From assembly GCA_963752475.1 (NCBI GenBank), contig CAVVYR010000031.1, forward strand, positions 12,903-76,902: a DNA stretch of 64,000 nt. The letters run 5' to 3'. Source of the DNA: an uncultured Chloroflexia bacterium (lineage in GTDB: Bacteria > Chloroflexota > Limnocylindria > Limnocylindrales > CSP1-4). Shown here piece by piece: positions 1 to 9,194 of this stretch. Numbering within the stretch: position 1 is the stretch's first letter; each line of letters begins with the position of its first letter. The translations under genes were made by a program, and so were the position numbers. A model generated the notes under the pieces. It did not search any database and had not been told where the DNA came from. It saw only the letters and a list, made by a program, of their open reading frames with translations.

Positions 1-720
1 GCCGCGACATCACCGAGGACTGGACCCACGGGCTACAGCTGACGTCCGACGACAACACCATCCAGGGCCTGGAGTGTCACGCTTTCCCGGCGTGGGCATC
101 GCGATCTCCGAGGGCAGCGGCAACCTGATCGGCGGCGACCGGAGTATCGGTGCCGGGCCCTCCGGGCAGGGCAACGTGGTGACGCGCAACTCCCACATGG
201 GCATCGGTCTCTGGAACGGTGCGTCGGAGAACGAGGTCCGGGGCAACTTGGTCGGGGTCGGCCCGACCGGCAAGCAGGGCCAGGGCAACGGCTACGGTAT
301 CGCCATCAACGAGGGCGCTCATCACAACATCGTCGGTCCAGGGAACACCATCGCGCGCAACCACGGCGCGGCGTCGGTGTCGGCGACGCGCGACCCTCGG
401 CAATACGATCACCCGTAACAGCATCCTTCACAACGGTGGTCAGGGCATCCGGTGGGCAGAGGCGCACGACGCCGGTCCCGCCGACGATCTCGTCTCATGA
501 CCTCGAAGCTGGGAGGCTGGCCGGCGCGACATGTCCCGGCTGCAGGGTCGAGGTGTACTCCGGACGCAGGCACCAGGGCGCGATCTTCGAGGGCACCACG
601 ACGGCCGATGAGCAGGGACATTCGCCTCGCAGGGCAGGGACTCGTTCAGGGGACCCCACCTGACGGCCACGACCACCGAGCCCCGCGGCGGCACGAGCCA
701 GTTCTCGTTGCAGACGACTG
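1..720 (+). pseudogene. right-handed parallel beta-helix repeat protein (NosD/CASH-like), 5'-partial, frame broken several times
   Basis: Pieces in three + frames join into one beta-helix protein. They are 'GLQLTSDDNTIQGL' (nt 3-), 'GIAISEGSGNLIGG..VTRNSHMGIGLWNGASENEVRGNLVG..GIAINEGAHHNIVGPGNTIARN' (ORF 74-418), 'GNTITRNSILHNGGQGI' (ORF 219-500), 'AGATCPGCRVEVYSG..AIFEGTTTADEQG' (ORF 436-663) and 'TATTTEPRGGTSQFS' (about 665-707). No single frame stays open. Confidence 0.55.
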
Positions 721-869
721 GTTCAAAGGGCGGGCGTCTGGCCATCAGCGAGGGAACGACTTTGGCGGTCACCCAATGCGGCCCAGGTGTCGAGCGAGCT
801 CGACGACAATCGTATGGGCGGGGAGTTCGACGGCTTCGGGGTCCCGGTCGAGACCTACGACTAGGAGGT

Positions 870-2020
870 CTATCCTCGAGGCGTCAAGCGCGTCGCGTAT
901 CATCACGGGCATCGAGCCCGAGCTGGGTGACTGGGAGCGGTCGGAGTTCGAGGTCCTCCCCGGCTCGGAGGCGGTCATCGACCGGCTGGTCGACAATGGC
1001 GTCGAGATCACGTACGTCGCTCATGTTCTGGGACAAGGCGACGTGGCCCGGCGGCGAGGGGGCACCCTGCGCGAGGTTCAGGACCAAGGGCGAGATCAAG
1101 CGATACCTCGAGTTCGTGCGGCTTCATCGTCGAGTCACTTCAAGGGCCGTGTCGACCGCTACGAGATCTGGGACGAGCCCGACATCGAAGGCTACTGCCC
1201 CAAGTACATCCGAGTCCCGGACTACGCCCGGCTGGTGAAGCGGGTCGCACCGGTGATCCGGGCCGAGCATCCCGAAGCCAAGATCGTCGTCGGTGGCGTC
1301 TCGAACACGGTTACCCTGGTACCCGAACGTGGCTGTTCGGCATCCTCGAGACCGACATCATGCCTCTCGTGGACGTGGTCCGTGGCATCCCATGTACGGG
1401 AGTCACCAGCGTACAAGCTCGAGAAGGCCTACTACGAGAACTACCCCTCGATGTGAAGCGGATCAAAGGAGCGGCCGAGGCCAACGGGTTCGCGGCGAGT
1501 ACCAGGCCGACGACATCGGCTGGTCGACCCCGGGGAAGACCATGGCGCGGCCACGCCCTGGGTCTACACTGCCGGCGGTCGCGCCAAGTACTACGGACGC
1601 GAGCATCCTACTGCACCTGGGCATGGACATCGGGCGTGGGGGCACCCGACGACAAGCCGGTGATCCGTCAAGCTGGCGACGCTGATGGCCGGTGCTGAGC
1701 CGGCGGACCTGCCGGTGCAGATCCGCAGCAAGGCCAAGGATGTCGTCAGCTACACGTTCTCCACGCCCGATGGCGGCTACCTGGTCGCGCTCTGGACCAA
1801 CGGCAAGGCCGCCGAGGTCGACCGCGGCACGAGGGCCACGGTCACGATCTCCGGGGTCGCCACCGAGCTGGCTACGGGCATCGACGTGCTTCACGGCTAC
1901 GAGCAGCCACTGATCGTCGAGGAGGTGGAGAAGGGCATGGTCATCCGGAATCTGCTCATCAGGGACTACCCGACCCTCCTCCGAGTGGGCGCTACCGAGA
2001 CCGAGGCCGTACGGGGGTAG
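870..2020 (+). pseudogene. glycoside hydrolase (clan GH-A, GH5/GH39-like), frame broken at least 5 times
   Basis: 'FWDKATWPGGEGAPCARFRTKGEIKRYLEFVR' (ORF 708-1238) continues as 'HFKGRVDRYEIWDEPDIEGYCPKYIRVPDYARLVKRVAPVIRAEHPEAKIVVGGVSNT' (ORF 452-1456). This contains the WxEP acid/base strand motif. The protein then hops frames through 'IMPLVDVV', 'HPMYG', 'SPAYKLEKAYYENYPSM', 'VKRIKGAAEANGF' and 'GEYQADDIGWSTPG'. It ends with the intact C-terminal ORF 1685-2020. The 5' limit is uncertain. Confidence 0.55.
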
Positions 2021-2200
2021 GTACCGGCAGGCCAGCGCAGCCAGCGCCAGCTTCGTCACCATGCGCCGATAGTCCACTCGGTCGGCCGCCGCGGGACAGC
2101 CCCGGCATGCTCGGCCATCACGCGCCGATCGCGAGGGGTATCGTGCAGCCATCGCGGCGTCCCTTCACGACCGTGACGTCGACCGAGTTGAGGAGGGGCG

Positions 2201-3013
2201 ATGGTTCGGGCCCGCGAGATCGCACCTGACGTCTTCTGCCTTGGCCCGCTCGGTCGCACGCAGACCAACGTCTACTTCGTTCGAGCGGGTGACTCATGGG
2301 TGCTGATCGATGCGGGTTGGGCGAGCGATCTGTCCCGCATCGAGGAGTCCGCCGCCGACCTCGTAGGTCATGACACCGTCCCGGCCGCCATCGTCCTCAC
2401 CCACGACCATCCGGATCACGCGGGCACTGCACGCATCCTCGCCGAGCGTTGGGCATGTCGGGTGTTCGTCCACCCTGCCGAGCTGGCCATCGCCGGTGGC
2501 AGCTTCACTGCGATGTGGCGGCATGCCGGACCGCTCGACCGCTACGTCATCCTGCCGGCCATCAGTGCCCTCGGCCGCCGCCGCCGCGACACCATGCTCG
2601 AACGGAACAGCCTGGCCCCTGTCATCGAGGCGCTCGGGCCCGATGGCGCGATCCCGTACCTTCCCGGCTGGCGATGGGTACATACTCCCGGCCACACGCC
2701 TGGTCACGTCTCGTTCCTGCGACCCGACGACGGGGTACTCATCACCGGCGATGCACTCGTCACACTCCAAGTCAACACGCTCGCCGGGATGGTGCGAGGA
2801 CGCGGGGGTCTGTCCGGTCCGCCCTGGTACACGACCGCCGATCCCGCGGCAGCCCGTGCATCGCTCAGGACGATCGCCGGCCTCGAGCCACGTGTCCTCG
2901 CCACCGGGCATGGACACCCTCTGACCGGCCCGGACACCGCCGACCGTATCCGTCTACTTCGCCGACGCACAATGAGTGGGTCGCCACGATGTGGTGATAG
3001 TGGGCGTGGGTAG
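2201..3013 (+). CDS. MBL-fold metallo-hydrolase
   Basis: 270-aa ORF with the 'THDHPDHAG' (HxHxDH) motif, a later 'HTPGHTPGH' and a C-terminal 'ATGHG'. Confidence 0.85.
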   Translation: MVRAREIAPDVFCLGPLGRTQTNVYFVRAGDSWVLIDAGWASDLSRIEESAADLVGHDTVPAAIVLTHDHPDHAGTARILAERWACRVFVHPAELAIAGGSFTAMWRHAGPLDRYVILPAISALGRRRRDTMLERNSLAPVIEALGPDGAIPYLPGWRWVHTPGHTPGHVSFLRPDDGVLITGDALVTLQVNTLAGMVRGRGGLSGPPWYTTADPAAARASLRTIAGLEPRVLATGHGHPLTGPDTADRIRLLRRRTMSGSPRCGDSGRG

Positions 3014-3400
3014 GTCGCTGGGGGCAGGGCAACCGAACCGCCGACGAGCAGGGGACCAGTCAGCAAGGATCATCCCGTATGGCGAGGTCGAGGCCTATCT
3101 GGCTGCGACCGAGGGCTCAGCAGCGAGCACCCAGCTCGTCACGATCCCGAGGCCGATCACGGATACGGCTTCTACTCGGACCAGCCTGAGGTCGACGAAC
3201 TCCCTGCATAGCTCGCTCGTCGACTTCTTCACGGACGCTCTCATCGGCTAGACAGTGGCGGGCTGATTCGTCGCAGTCGGTGGCCATGCGAGTGGAACCA
3301 TCGCCGCTTGAGGTCTAGGGCCCCCGAGAAGAGTCGCGGAGGCTTGCCCTCTGTCGTAGGGGCACCCACACGACCGCGCAATGGTGGGCCGAGAGCGAGA

Positions 3401-4228
3401 TCAGCCCTCCACGATGCGTTTCGTGGATACCCGCTCGAGGAATCCACGTACAAGCTGCGCCGTCTCCTCCGGCTGTTCGATGGCGACCGCGTGGCCGGCG
3501 CCGGCGATCTCTGCGTACTCTCCATCCGTGATGCGCAGCACCATCGCCTGGACCTGGTCCGGGCTGAACGACTTGTCTTCGGTTCCTGCAATCGCGAGAA
3601 CAGGAAGTCTCACGTCCGCTAGCTGATCGGTCACGTTCCCGGCGCGGAGGACGATACCCTTCAGCGTCCGGACTGCACCGGCGCGATCGATACCACAGAT
3701 GTGCTGCCGCCAGCGTTCCCGCTCTGACGCGTGCTCCTCACCGGTCAGGAAGTCATCGGAGAAGAGCGCCTTCATCGCCGTGTCCGCTAGTGGCGCCATG
3801 CCCCTGAAGCGCGCGATCGCGCCCATGACCAGGTAGCCCGGGACTTTGGCCCAACCCTCTCCCTTGGAGTTGGAGTTGAGCAGGACGAGCGACCGAAGCA
3901 ACTCGGGCCGTCGCAACGCGAGCCGCAATCCCACCCAGCCACCCATCGAGGTACCGATGTAGTGGCATGGCGCTAGGCCCAGCCGTTCGATGAGCGCAGC
4001 CGCATCGTCAGTCAGCGCGTCGACGCTGTAGCCGTCGCTCGTCACCTCGCTCGCGCCCTGGCCGCGCCAGTCGAAGGCCGCGCAGCGGTAGTCATCCTCG
4101 AGACTGGCCGCTAGCCCATCGAAGGCGTGGTGGTCGAAGAGGAACCCGTGCGTCATCAACGCCGACTCCGCCCCGGACCCTCGCTCCTCGAACGCGAGCA
4201 ACGCGCCGTTCACCGTGATCGTCGCCAT
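3401..4228 (-). CDS. alpha/beta-fold hydrolase
   Basis: This is the internal start 'MATITVNG' of ORF 3401-4792 (residue 189). It has the 'GTSMGG' nucleophile elbow, 'HGF' near the N-terminus and 'GAGH' near the C-terminus. The upstream 188 codons are antisense to the SDR gene and look non-protein-like. Confidence 0.85.
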   Translation of the reverse strand: MATITVNGALLAFEERGSGAESALMTHGFLFDHHAFDGLAASLEDDYRCAAFDWRGQGASEVTSDGYSVDALTDDAAALIERLGLAPCHYIGTSMGGWVGLRLALRRPELLRSLVLLNSNSKGEGWAKVPGYLVMGAIARFRGMAPLADTAMKALFSDDFLTGEEHASERERWRQHICGIDRAGAVRTLKGIVLRAGNVTDQLADVRLPVLAIAGTEDKSFSPDQVQAMVLRITDGEYAEIAGAGHAVAIEQPEETAQLVRGFLERVSTKRIVEG

Positions 4229-4346
4229 CGCCGCTTCCCCCGTGCTTCGATGTCGGTACGTGGGCGGTCCTGCGGAGGCACCCGGGAGTATCGTAGCGCT
4301 GCAACATGCGGCCCAACACGATCTGAGTCGAAATGGAGGGCGAGCG

Positions 4347-5177
4347 ATGGGGGAGTTGCGAGGCGCGAACGTCCTGCTGACCGGTGCATCCAGAGGCATC
4401 GGAGTGTTCATCGCCAGGGCATGCGCATTCCGGGGTGCCAACCTGGCGATCACCGACCAGGATGCCCACGCACTCGGGAAGCTGGCTGCAAGGCTGGCCG
4501 GGACGGGCACCACGGTCGTGGCCTTGCCGGCCGACCTGCGCGACCCGGGGTCACTCGACGAGCTGGTCCCGCAGGCCGAGGCAGCGCTCGGCCCGGTCGA
4601 CATCCTGGTCAACAACGCCGCGGTCGCCCGGCTGGCCCCCTTCATCGAGTTCGACGACGCTGAGCTCCGGGCGATGGTCGAGGTCAACCTCATGGCACCG
4701 ATGATCCTCACGCGTCGTCTGCTCCCGGGCATGATCGAGCGAGGTCGCGGGCACGTAGTGACCGTGTCTTCGCTCGAGGGCAGGAAGGGCATCCCCTTCG
4801 ACGCCGCCTACTCCGGCACGAAGGCCGCGCTCGTCAGTTGGATGGAAGCCATCCATGTCGAGCTCGAGGCGACGGGCGTCAGGACCAGCATCGTCCTGCC
4901 CGGCTATGTCAGCGAGGCCGGGATCTTCGCGGACCGTGGCGCCACGGTGCCGCGACTGATGGGCGCCTGCCCTGCCTCCGATGTCGCGAGAGCGGTCGTG
5001 CGTGCGATCGAGCGAGAGAGCCAAGAGGTGATCGTCACCCCGCGACCGGTTCGGCCGCTCCTTGCCCTCAACACCATGTCACCAGTACTGGGCGACCGGA
5101 TCCTCAGGATCCTGGGAGTGGTGAGGGTGCAGCGCTGGATCCTCGAGCACCAGCGAGCTGGCGGAGCAGAGCGGTGA
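4347..5177 (+). CDS. SDR-family oxidoreductase (paralogue 1)
   Basis: 'MGELRGANVLLTGASRGIG' (TGxxxGxG), 'NNAA' and 'YSGTKAAL' (YxxxK). ATG at 4347. Confidence 0.85.
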   Translation: MGELRGANVLLTGASRGIGVFIARACAFRGANLAITDQDAHALGKLAARLAGTGTTVVALPADLRDPGSLDELVPQAEAALGPVDILVNNAAVARLAPFIEFDDAELRAMVEVNLMAPMILTRRLLPGMIERGRGHVVTVSSLEGRKGIPFDAAYSGTKAALVSWMEAIHVELEATGVRTSIVLPGYVSEAGIFADRGATVPRLMGACPASDVARAVVRAIERESQEVIVTPRPVRPLLALNTMSPVLGDRILRILGVVRVQRWILEHQRAGGAER

Positions 5178-5992
5178 GCGAGCTACGAGGTGCGAACGTC
5201 CTGTTGACCGGCGCCTCCAGAGGCATCGGGACGCACATCGCTCGAGCCCTGGCCTCGCGGGGCGCGAACCTGGCCCTCACGGCGCGGAACGCCGACGAAC
5301 TCGAACGGCAGGCTGCAAGCCTTGCCGCATACGGGGTCAGGGCCGTGGCGTTGCCGGCCGACCTGACCGACCACGCAGCGGCAGACGGGCTCGCGGCGCG
5401 CGCCGAAGCGGCGCTGGGTCCGATCGACATCCTGGTCAGCAACGCCGGCGCAGCGACGCTATCAAGGTTCTGGGAGCTCGATGAGGCCGACCTGCGGCGC
5501 ATGGTCGACGTCAACTTCGTCGCCTCCATGCTTCTGACGCGCAGGCTGCTGCCGGGCATGCTCGATCGAGGCCGAGGACACCTGGTCGCGATCGCGTCCC
5601 TCAGCGGGAGGAAGGGCCTGCCCTTCGTTGCCGTCTACAGCGGTGCGAAAGGAGCGCTCATCAACTGGTTGGAGGCGCTCCATGCCGAGCTGGAGGGTAC
5701 GGGGGTCAAGACCAGCATCGTATTGCCCGGCTACGTCAGCGGAGCCGGCTTCTTCGCGGACCTCGACGCCCCGCCTCCACGCGTGCTGGGCGCGAGCCCT
5801 GTCGCGGACGTTGCGCGCGCCGTCGTGCGTGCGATCGAGTCGGAGCGACAGGAGGTGACCGTGACTCCGATGCCAATCCGACCCTTCCTCGCCCTCTGTG
5901 CGCTGTCCCCAGCCTGGGGTGACCGGGTCCCGAAGATGCTCGGGGTGATCGAGGCGCAGCGGTGGATGGCCGACCACCGGCAGACGGGCTGA
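5174..5992 (+). CDS. SDR-family oxidoreductase (paralogue 2)
   Basis: GTG at 5174 overlaps the upstream TGA (GTGA). It has 'VSELRGANVLLTGASRGIG', 'SNAG' and 'YSGAKGAL'. It is colinear with paralogue 1 over its whole length. Confidence 0.85.
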   Translation: MSELRGANVLLTGASRGIGTHIARALASRGANLALTARNADELERQAASLAAYGVRAVALPADLTDHAAADGLAARAEAALGPIDILVSNAGAATLSRFWELDEADLRRMVDVNFVASMLLTRRLLPGMLDRGRGHLVAIASLSGRKGLPFVAVYSGAKGALINWLEALHAELEGTGVKTSIVLPGYVSGAGFFADLDAPPPRVLGASPVADVARAVVRAIESERQEVTVTPMPIRPFLALCALSPAWGDRVPKMLGVIEAQRWMADHRQTG

Positions 5993-6670
5993 CGGGGGTC
6001 GAACGGTAGGCGGGCCGCGAGGTGCGCCAACGGGCTGTCGAACTATGGCGCCAAGGCGGGGGTGCAGTGCGGGACGCCGAGCATGGACATCCGACCGACG
6101 AACGGCGTTCGACGACCGGCGCTGTTCCGCTTCAAGGACACCGCCCCGCTCGATGACTAACTGGGACTTCAAGCTCAAGAAAGACTCGGGAAGCCTCTCA
6201 AGCGGAAGGATTCCGCTTGCACGGGCGGGAAGCAGGGCCTCCGGACCTGGAGCGGTGACGGTGGGCAAGGCACGTATCGCTTGCTACTTGGCCGATGGGC
6301 GGGCCAAGCTCCGTTGGACGAACGAGCGCAACAACACGTACGGCATCGTCGACGCGACGCATCGAGACATCGGTAGGCTCGCCCTAATGGTAGCTCAGCG
6401 CGATCGCCTGGTAGGCCCGTCTCGGCGGCTCGCTGCTAGCGCCACTGTCAATGTGGCCGACAGGCTGACCGTCTGGCCGAGATCGATGACAAGGCCATCG
6501 ATGAGACCCTCGATGGGCTCTGCGCGGCCTGCGGGCGACGGAGAAGAGGTGCATCGACGGTGAGTGGTTAGAGGTGCCGGTCATGCGGCTCAAGCCCAAG
6601 GATGTCGCCATCCTCCTCGACCGGCTCCAGGTGCTATTCGAGCGACGCGACTCGGAATCAGCGAGGGCCG

Positions 6671-7183
6671 TTACCTCAGCGCCAGATCGGAGCTGCCCAT
6701 CGGCGCCCTGAACCAGATCGTGGAGCTGACGCAGGGGTGGACAGCACCACCGACAGCCCCGTTGCCGCGAACGCGACGGCTCGACGACTGAGGCGGACTC
6801 GCTCCGGCCTCGCAGGCAATCGAGCTGGCGCGGATGGGGTTACTCGAAGGCTCCAGCATGTCGGGCGTGATGGGCTGGCCGGCGACGATATCCATGGCCG
6901 CGACCCGGAACAGGACATCCCGACGGTCGGTGATGGCGTCGGTCGCCTCGTCAGCCGAGACGAACGCCCCGGTGAATTCGACGCGCTGCCCGGGCGCGGC
7001 GTCGAAGAGCGCGACCATCACCTTGACCGGGTCCTCCACGAGGTAAAAGGTGTGCTCCGCGTAGAAGTTGTAGCGCTCCGGGCGCATGTCCTCGCCCCAC
7101 ACCTCGAACGAGAGCCGCTCACCGTCATAGTCCCAGTAGTAGGTCGCCGGAACCTTCGGCTCGCTCGGCCAGTCGAAGGTCAT
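6671..7183 (-). CDS. hypothetical protein; either a separate gene ATGA-coupled to 7180-7431 or its frameshifted continuation
   Basis: 'MTFDWPSEPKVPATYYWDYDGERLSFEVWGEDMRPERYNFYAEHTFYLVEDPVKV..' looks like real protein. The last roughly 45 codons ('ASSIACEAGASPPQSSSRRVRG..') look like wrong-frame sequence, so the 3' end is unreliable. Confidence 0.45.
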   Translation of the reverse strand: MTFDWPSEPKVPATYYWDYDGERLSFEVWGEDMRPERYNFYAEHTFYLVEDPVKVMVALFDAAPGQRVEFTGAFVSADEATDAITDRRDVLFRVAAMDIVAGQPITPDMLEPSSNPIRASSIACEAGASPPQSSSRRVRGNGAVGGAVHPCVSSTIWFRAPMGSSDLALR

Positions 7184-7431
7184 CTCGTATAGAGGTCCCC
7201 GTTGACCGCATACGTGCACGGCTGGGGGCTCCAGTTCTCGCCCCAGTGTTGGACACAGGTCCCGTCCGCGTTGAACTCGACCGCTTGGCCGGGGTACTCG
7301 TAGGCGACGAGCATCCCGGTCGGGAAGGTCATCGCTTCGGACTCTTCGTCCTGTGCCGCGGCCACCCCACCGAGTCCACCCCACAACGAGACGGTCACCA
7401 TGCAGGCCACCAGAAGTCGCAACGTACGCAT
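7180..7431 (-). CDS. small secreted protein (signal peptide), possibly the N-terminal part of one gene with 6671-7183
   Basis: ATG at 7431 is preceded by AAGGGGGA. The signal peptide is 'MRTLRLLVACMVTVSLWGGLGGVAAAQ'. The mature part, 'MTFPTGMLVAYEYPGQAVEF..', repeats the motif pattern of the downstream ORF. Confidence 0.5.
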   Translation of the reverse strand: MRTLRLLVACMVTVSLWGGLGGVAAAQDEESEAMTFPTGMLVAYEYPGQAVEFNADGTCVQHWGENWSPQPCTYAVNGDLYTR

Positions 7432-7570
7432 GAGGATCCCCCTTCGATACGGGCGGGCCGGGTTCGCCAATTGCTCGGCGCGGTCCTCAGCGGCGAAGGT
7501 TCGGGCCGTGTGTCATCGCCTCCCGCTACGCCTATTCTCTCGCGGGCGTCCATCGGCCTCGACGCACGAC

Positions 7571-7609
7571 GAGTGGACAGGGTGGACATGTCCATGGACT
7601 TGTCCACTC
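7571..7609. promoter_or_regulatory. nested palindrome built from four (G)TGGACA half-sites
   Basis: GAGTGGACA (7571-7579) pairs with TGTCCACTC (7601-7609). These flank the perfect 12-bp palindrome TGGACATGTCCA (7583-7594). The site lies about 140 bp upstream of the 7431 start. Confidence 0.4.
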
Positions 7610-7809
7610 GATACATATCCGGCTACCCGACCTCGAGGTAGTAGTCCAGCACGCTGCGTCGCTGTTGGGTCTCGAGTCCGTCCGGGGGCGCCATTGCCAA
7701 ACTGGCGTGGAACGGGCGCGCCTCCGGTCGCCGCTCGATGCCAGCGATCGCCCCACCGGTCACCGCGACTTGCTCCACGAAGTGTTCGATGAGCGATGTC
7801 TGGAAGGAA

Positions 7810-7836
7810 GCGACCCTGACTCGACGTCAGGGTCGC
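7810..7836 (-). terminator. stem-loop downstream of the anti-sigma/beta-propeller gene
   Basis: GCGACCCTGAC-TCGAC-GTCAGGGTCGC forms an 11-bp perfect stem 63 nt after the stop at 7899. On the minus strand it is followed by TTCCTTCC. Confidence 0.5.
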
Positions 7837-7898
7837 TTTAGCAGTGGCGGGCTACAGGGCGTGCGTGTCCGGAGCCTGGCCGCCGACCCTGCTCGGAG

Positions 7899-9194
7899 TC
7901 AGGGCCGTGGTTGCCAGCTGGCCCAGGAGATCTCGGAGACCTCGTTGACCACGGTCGCCACCGGCGCCGTCGGGTCGGTCACATCCACGACGTTCATGGT
8001 CCCGTCGGGCCAGTTGCCGAAGATGTAGCGGCCGTCCGGTGACCAGCCCGAGACAACGAGCGGGATGTCGAGCTCGATGACCTCGCCCAAGGCCAGGTCG
8101 TAGAGCGTCGCCAGCGGATCGCCGGTCCAGCTCGTGAAGGCGATCATCGAGCTGTCGGGGGACCAGTACGGCTCGAACTCGTCCGCCGACCCGCCGGCGA
8201 CGAGCACGTCTTCTCCTGTGGCCAGGTCCACGAGATAGAGGTCTTGTTCCTGGGGGCCGATGGTGACGGCCACGGCCGTTCCGTCGGGAGAGATGGCGAT
8301 GTGCTCGAAGGATACGTCGTCGCCGGTCAGGTCGCCGATCCGCTCGACGTTCTCACCGTCGGCGTCCATGCGATAGAGGCCATAGTCAGCGCCGGTACCT
8401 GCCGGCGAGCCGCCGAAGATGATGCTCTCGCCATCCGGCGTCCACACCGGCGCCCACGCATCGAGTTCGGGATCACCGATGACCCGTGCAGGCTCGCTGC
8501 CGTCGGTGGGCGCGATCCAGATCCGCTGCCCGCAGAAGGATCCCAGGAGACAGCGAGGCTCCTCGTCAGCGGCATCGGGCCACTCGGCCCAGTACACGAT
8601 CCTCGAGCCATCGGGGCTCCAGACATGGTAGCCCGGCTTGATGCCGCGAGGCGTGGGCTCGAACGGCTCCGTGATACGATGGGGTTGGAGCCGTCAGCGT
8701 CCCGGACCACGATCGTGATCGGGTCTTGCGGGTCGGTCCAGGACTCGTAGGAGAAGCGCGTCCCGTCGGGCGACCAGGCGAAGGTTCTGGCGTACTCGTC
8801 GTCGCCCGTCAGGCGGACGGGTCCGCTAGCCCCGTCGGCCGCATGCTTTGTAGATGCCGCCGTCTGTCGAGTAGGTGAGCCCGGCGGTCGGACCACCACC
8901 GTCGGAGGCATCGACGAGGCCGCTGCCGATGGCGTAGCCACCGAGGGCGCCGATGGCCAGGAGGGCGATGGTGAGCAGGACGATGGCCACGCGGGGCATG
9001 ATGCCCAGTTGGGCGCGGGTTTCCATGGAGATCCACCTTTCCGTGGTGGCCCATGCGGGTCGCTGTCGCGTGCTCGCGACACCCTCGACGAATGCAGTCT
9101 CGAGGCTCTCGGGCGCCCGGGGGGCAGCGTCCGCTTCGAGCCAGTCGGTCAGGAGGCGGTCCAGGTTGACATCGGGTGCGTCGTTGACGCTCAT
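7899..9194 (-). pseudogene. membrane anti-sigma factor fused to a TolB-like (PD40) beta-propeller; two frame breaks
   Basis: The N-terminus is 'MSVNDAPDVNLDRLLTDWLEADAAPRAPESLETAFVEGV' followed by the TM helix 'VAIVLLTIALLAIGALGGYAI' (ORF 8826-9194). It continues as 'ADGASGPVRLTGDDEYARTFAWSPDGTRFSYESW..VVRDADGSNPI' (ORF 8327-9082 frame). It then reads 'ITEPFEPTPRGIKPGYHVWSPDGSRIVYWAEW..WTPDGESIIF..ISPDGTAVAV..WSPDSSMIAF..WSPDGRYIF' (ORF 7899-8597). The breaks are near 8835 and 8675. Confidence 0.7.

Noticed and set aside
3401-4792. The full 463-aa minus-strand ORF as the hydrolase gene.
   Set aside because: The first 188 codons overlap the SDR gene in antisense and are Ser/Ala/Arg-rich junk. 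The family-typical N-terminus starts at 'MATITVNG' (4228).
6385-6440. A possible tRNA, because of 'GGTAGCTCAGCGCGATCGCCTGGTAGG' (a TAGCTCAG D-loop-like string).
   Set aside because: No acceptor-stem pairing, no anticodon arm and no GGTTCGA-type T-loop can be built around it.
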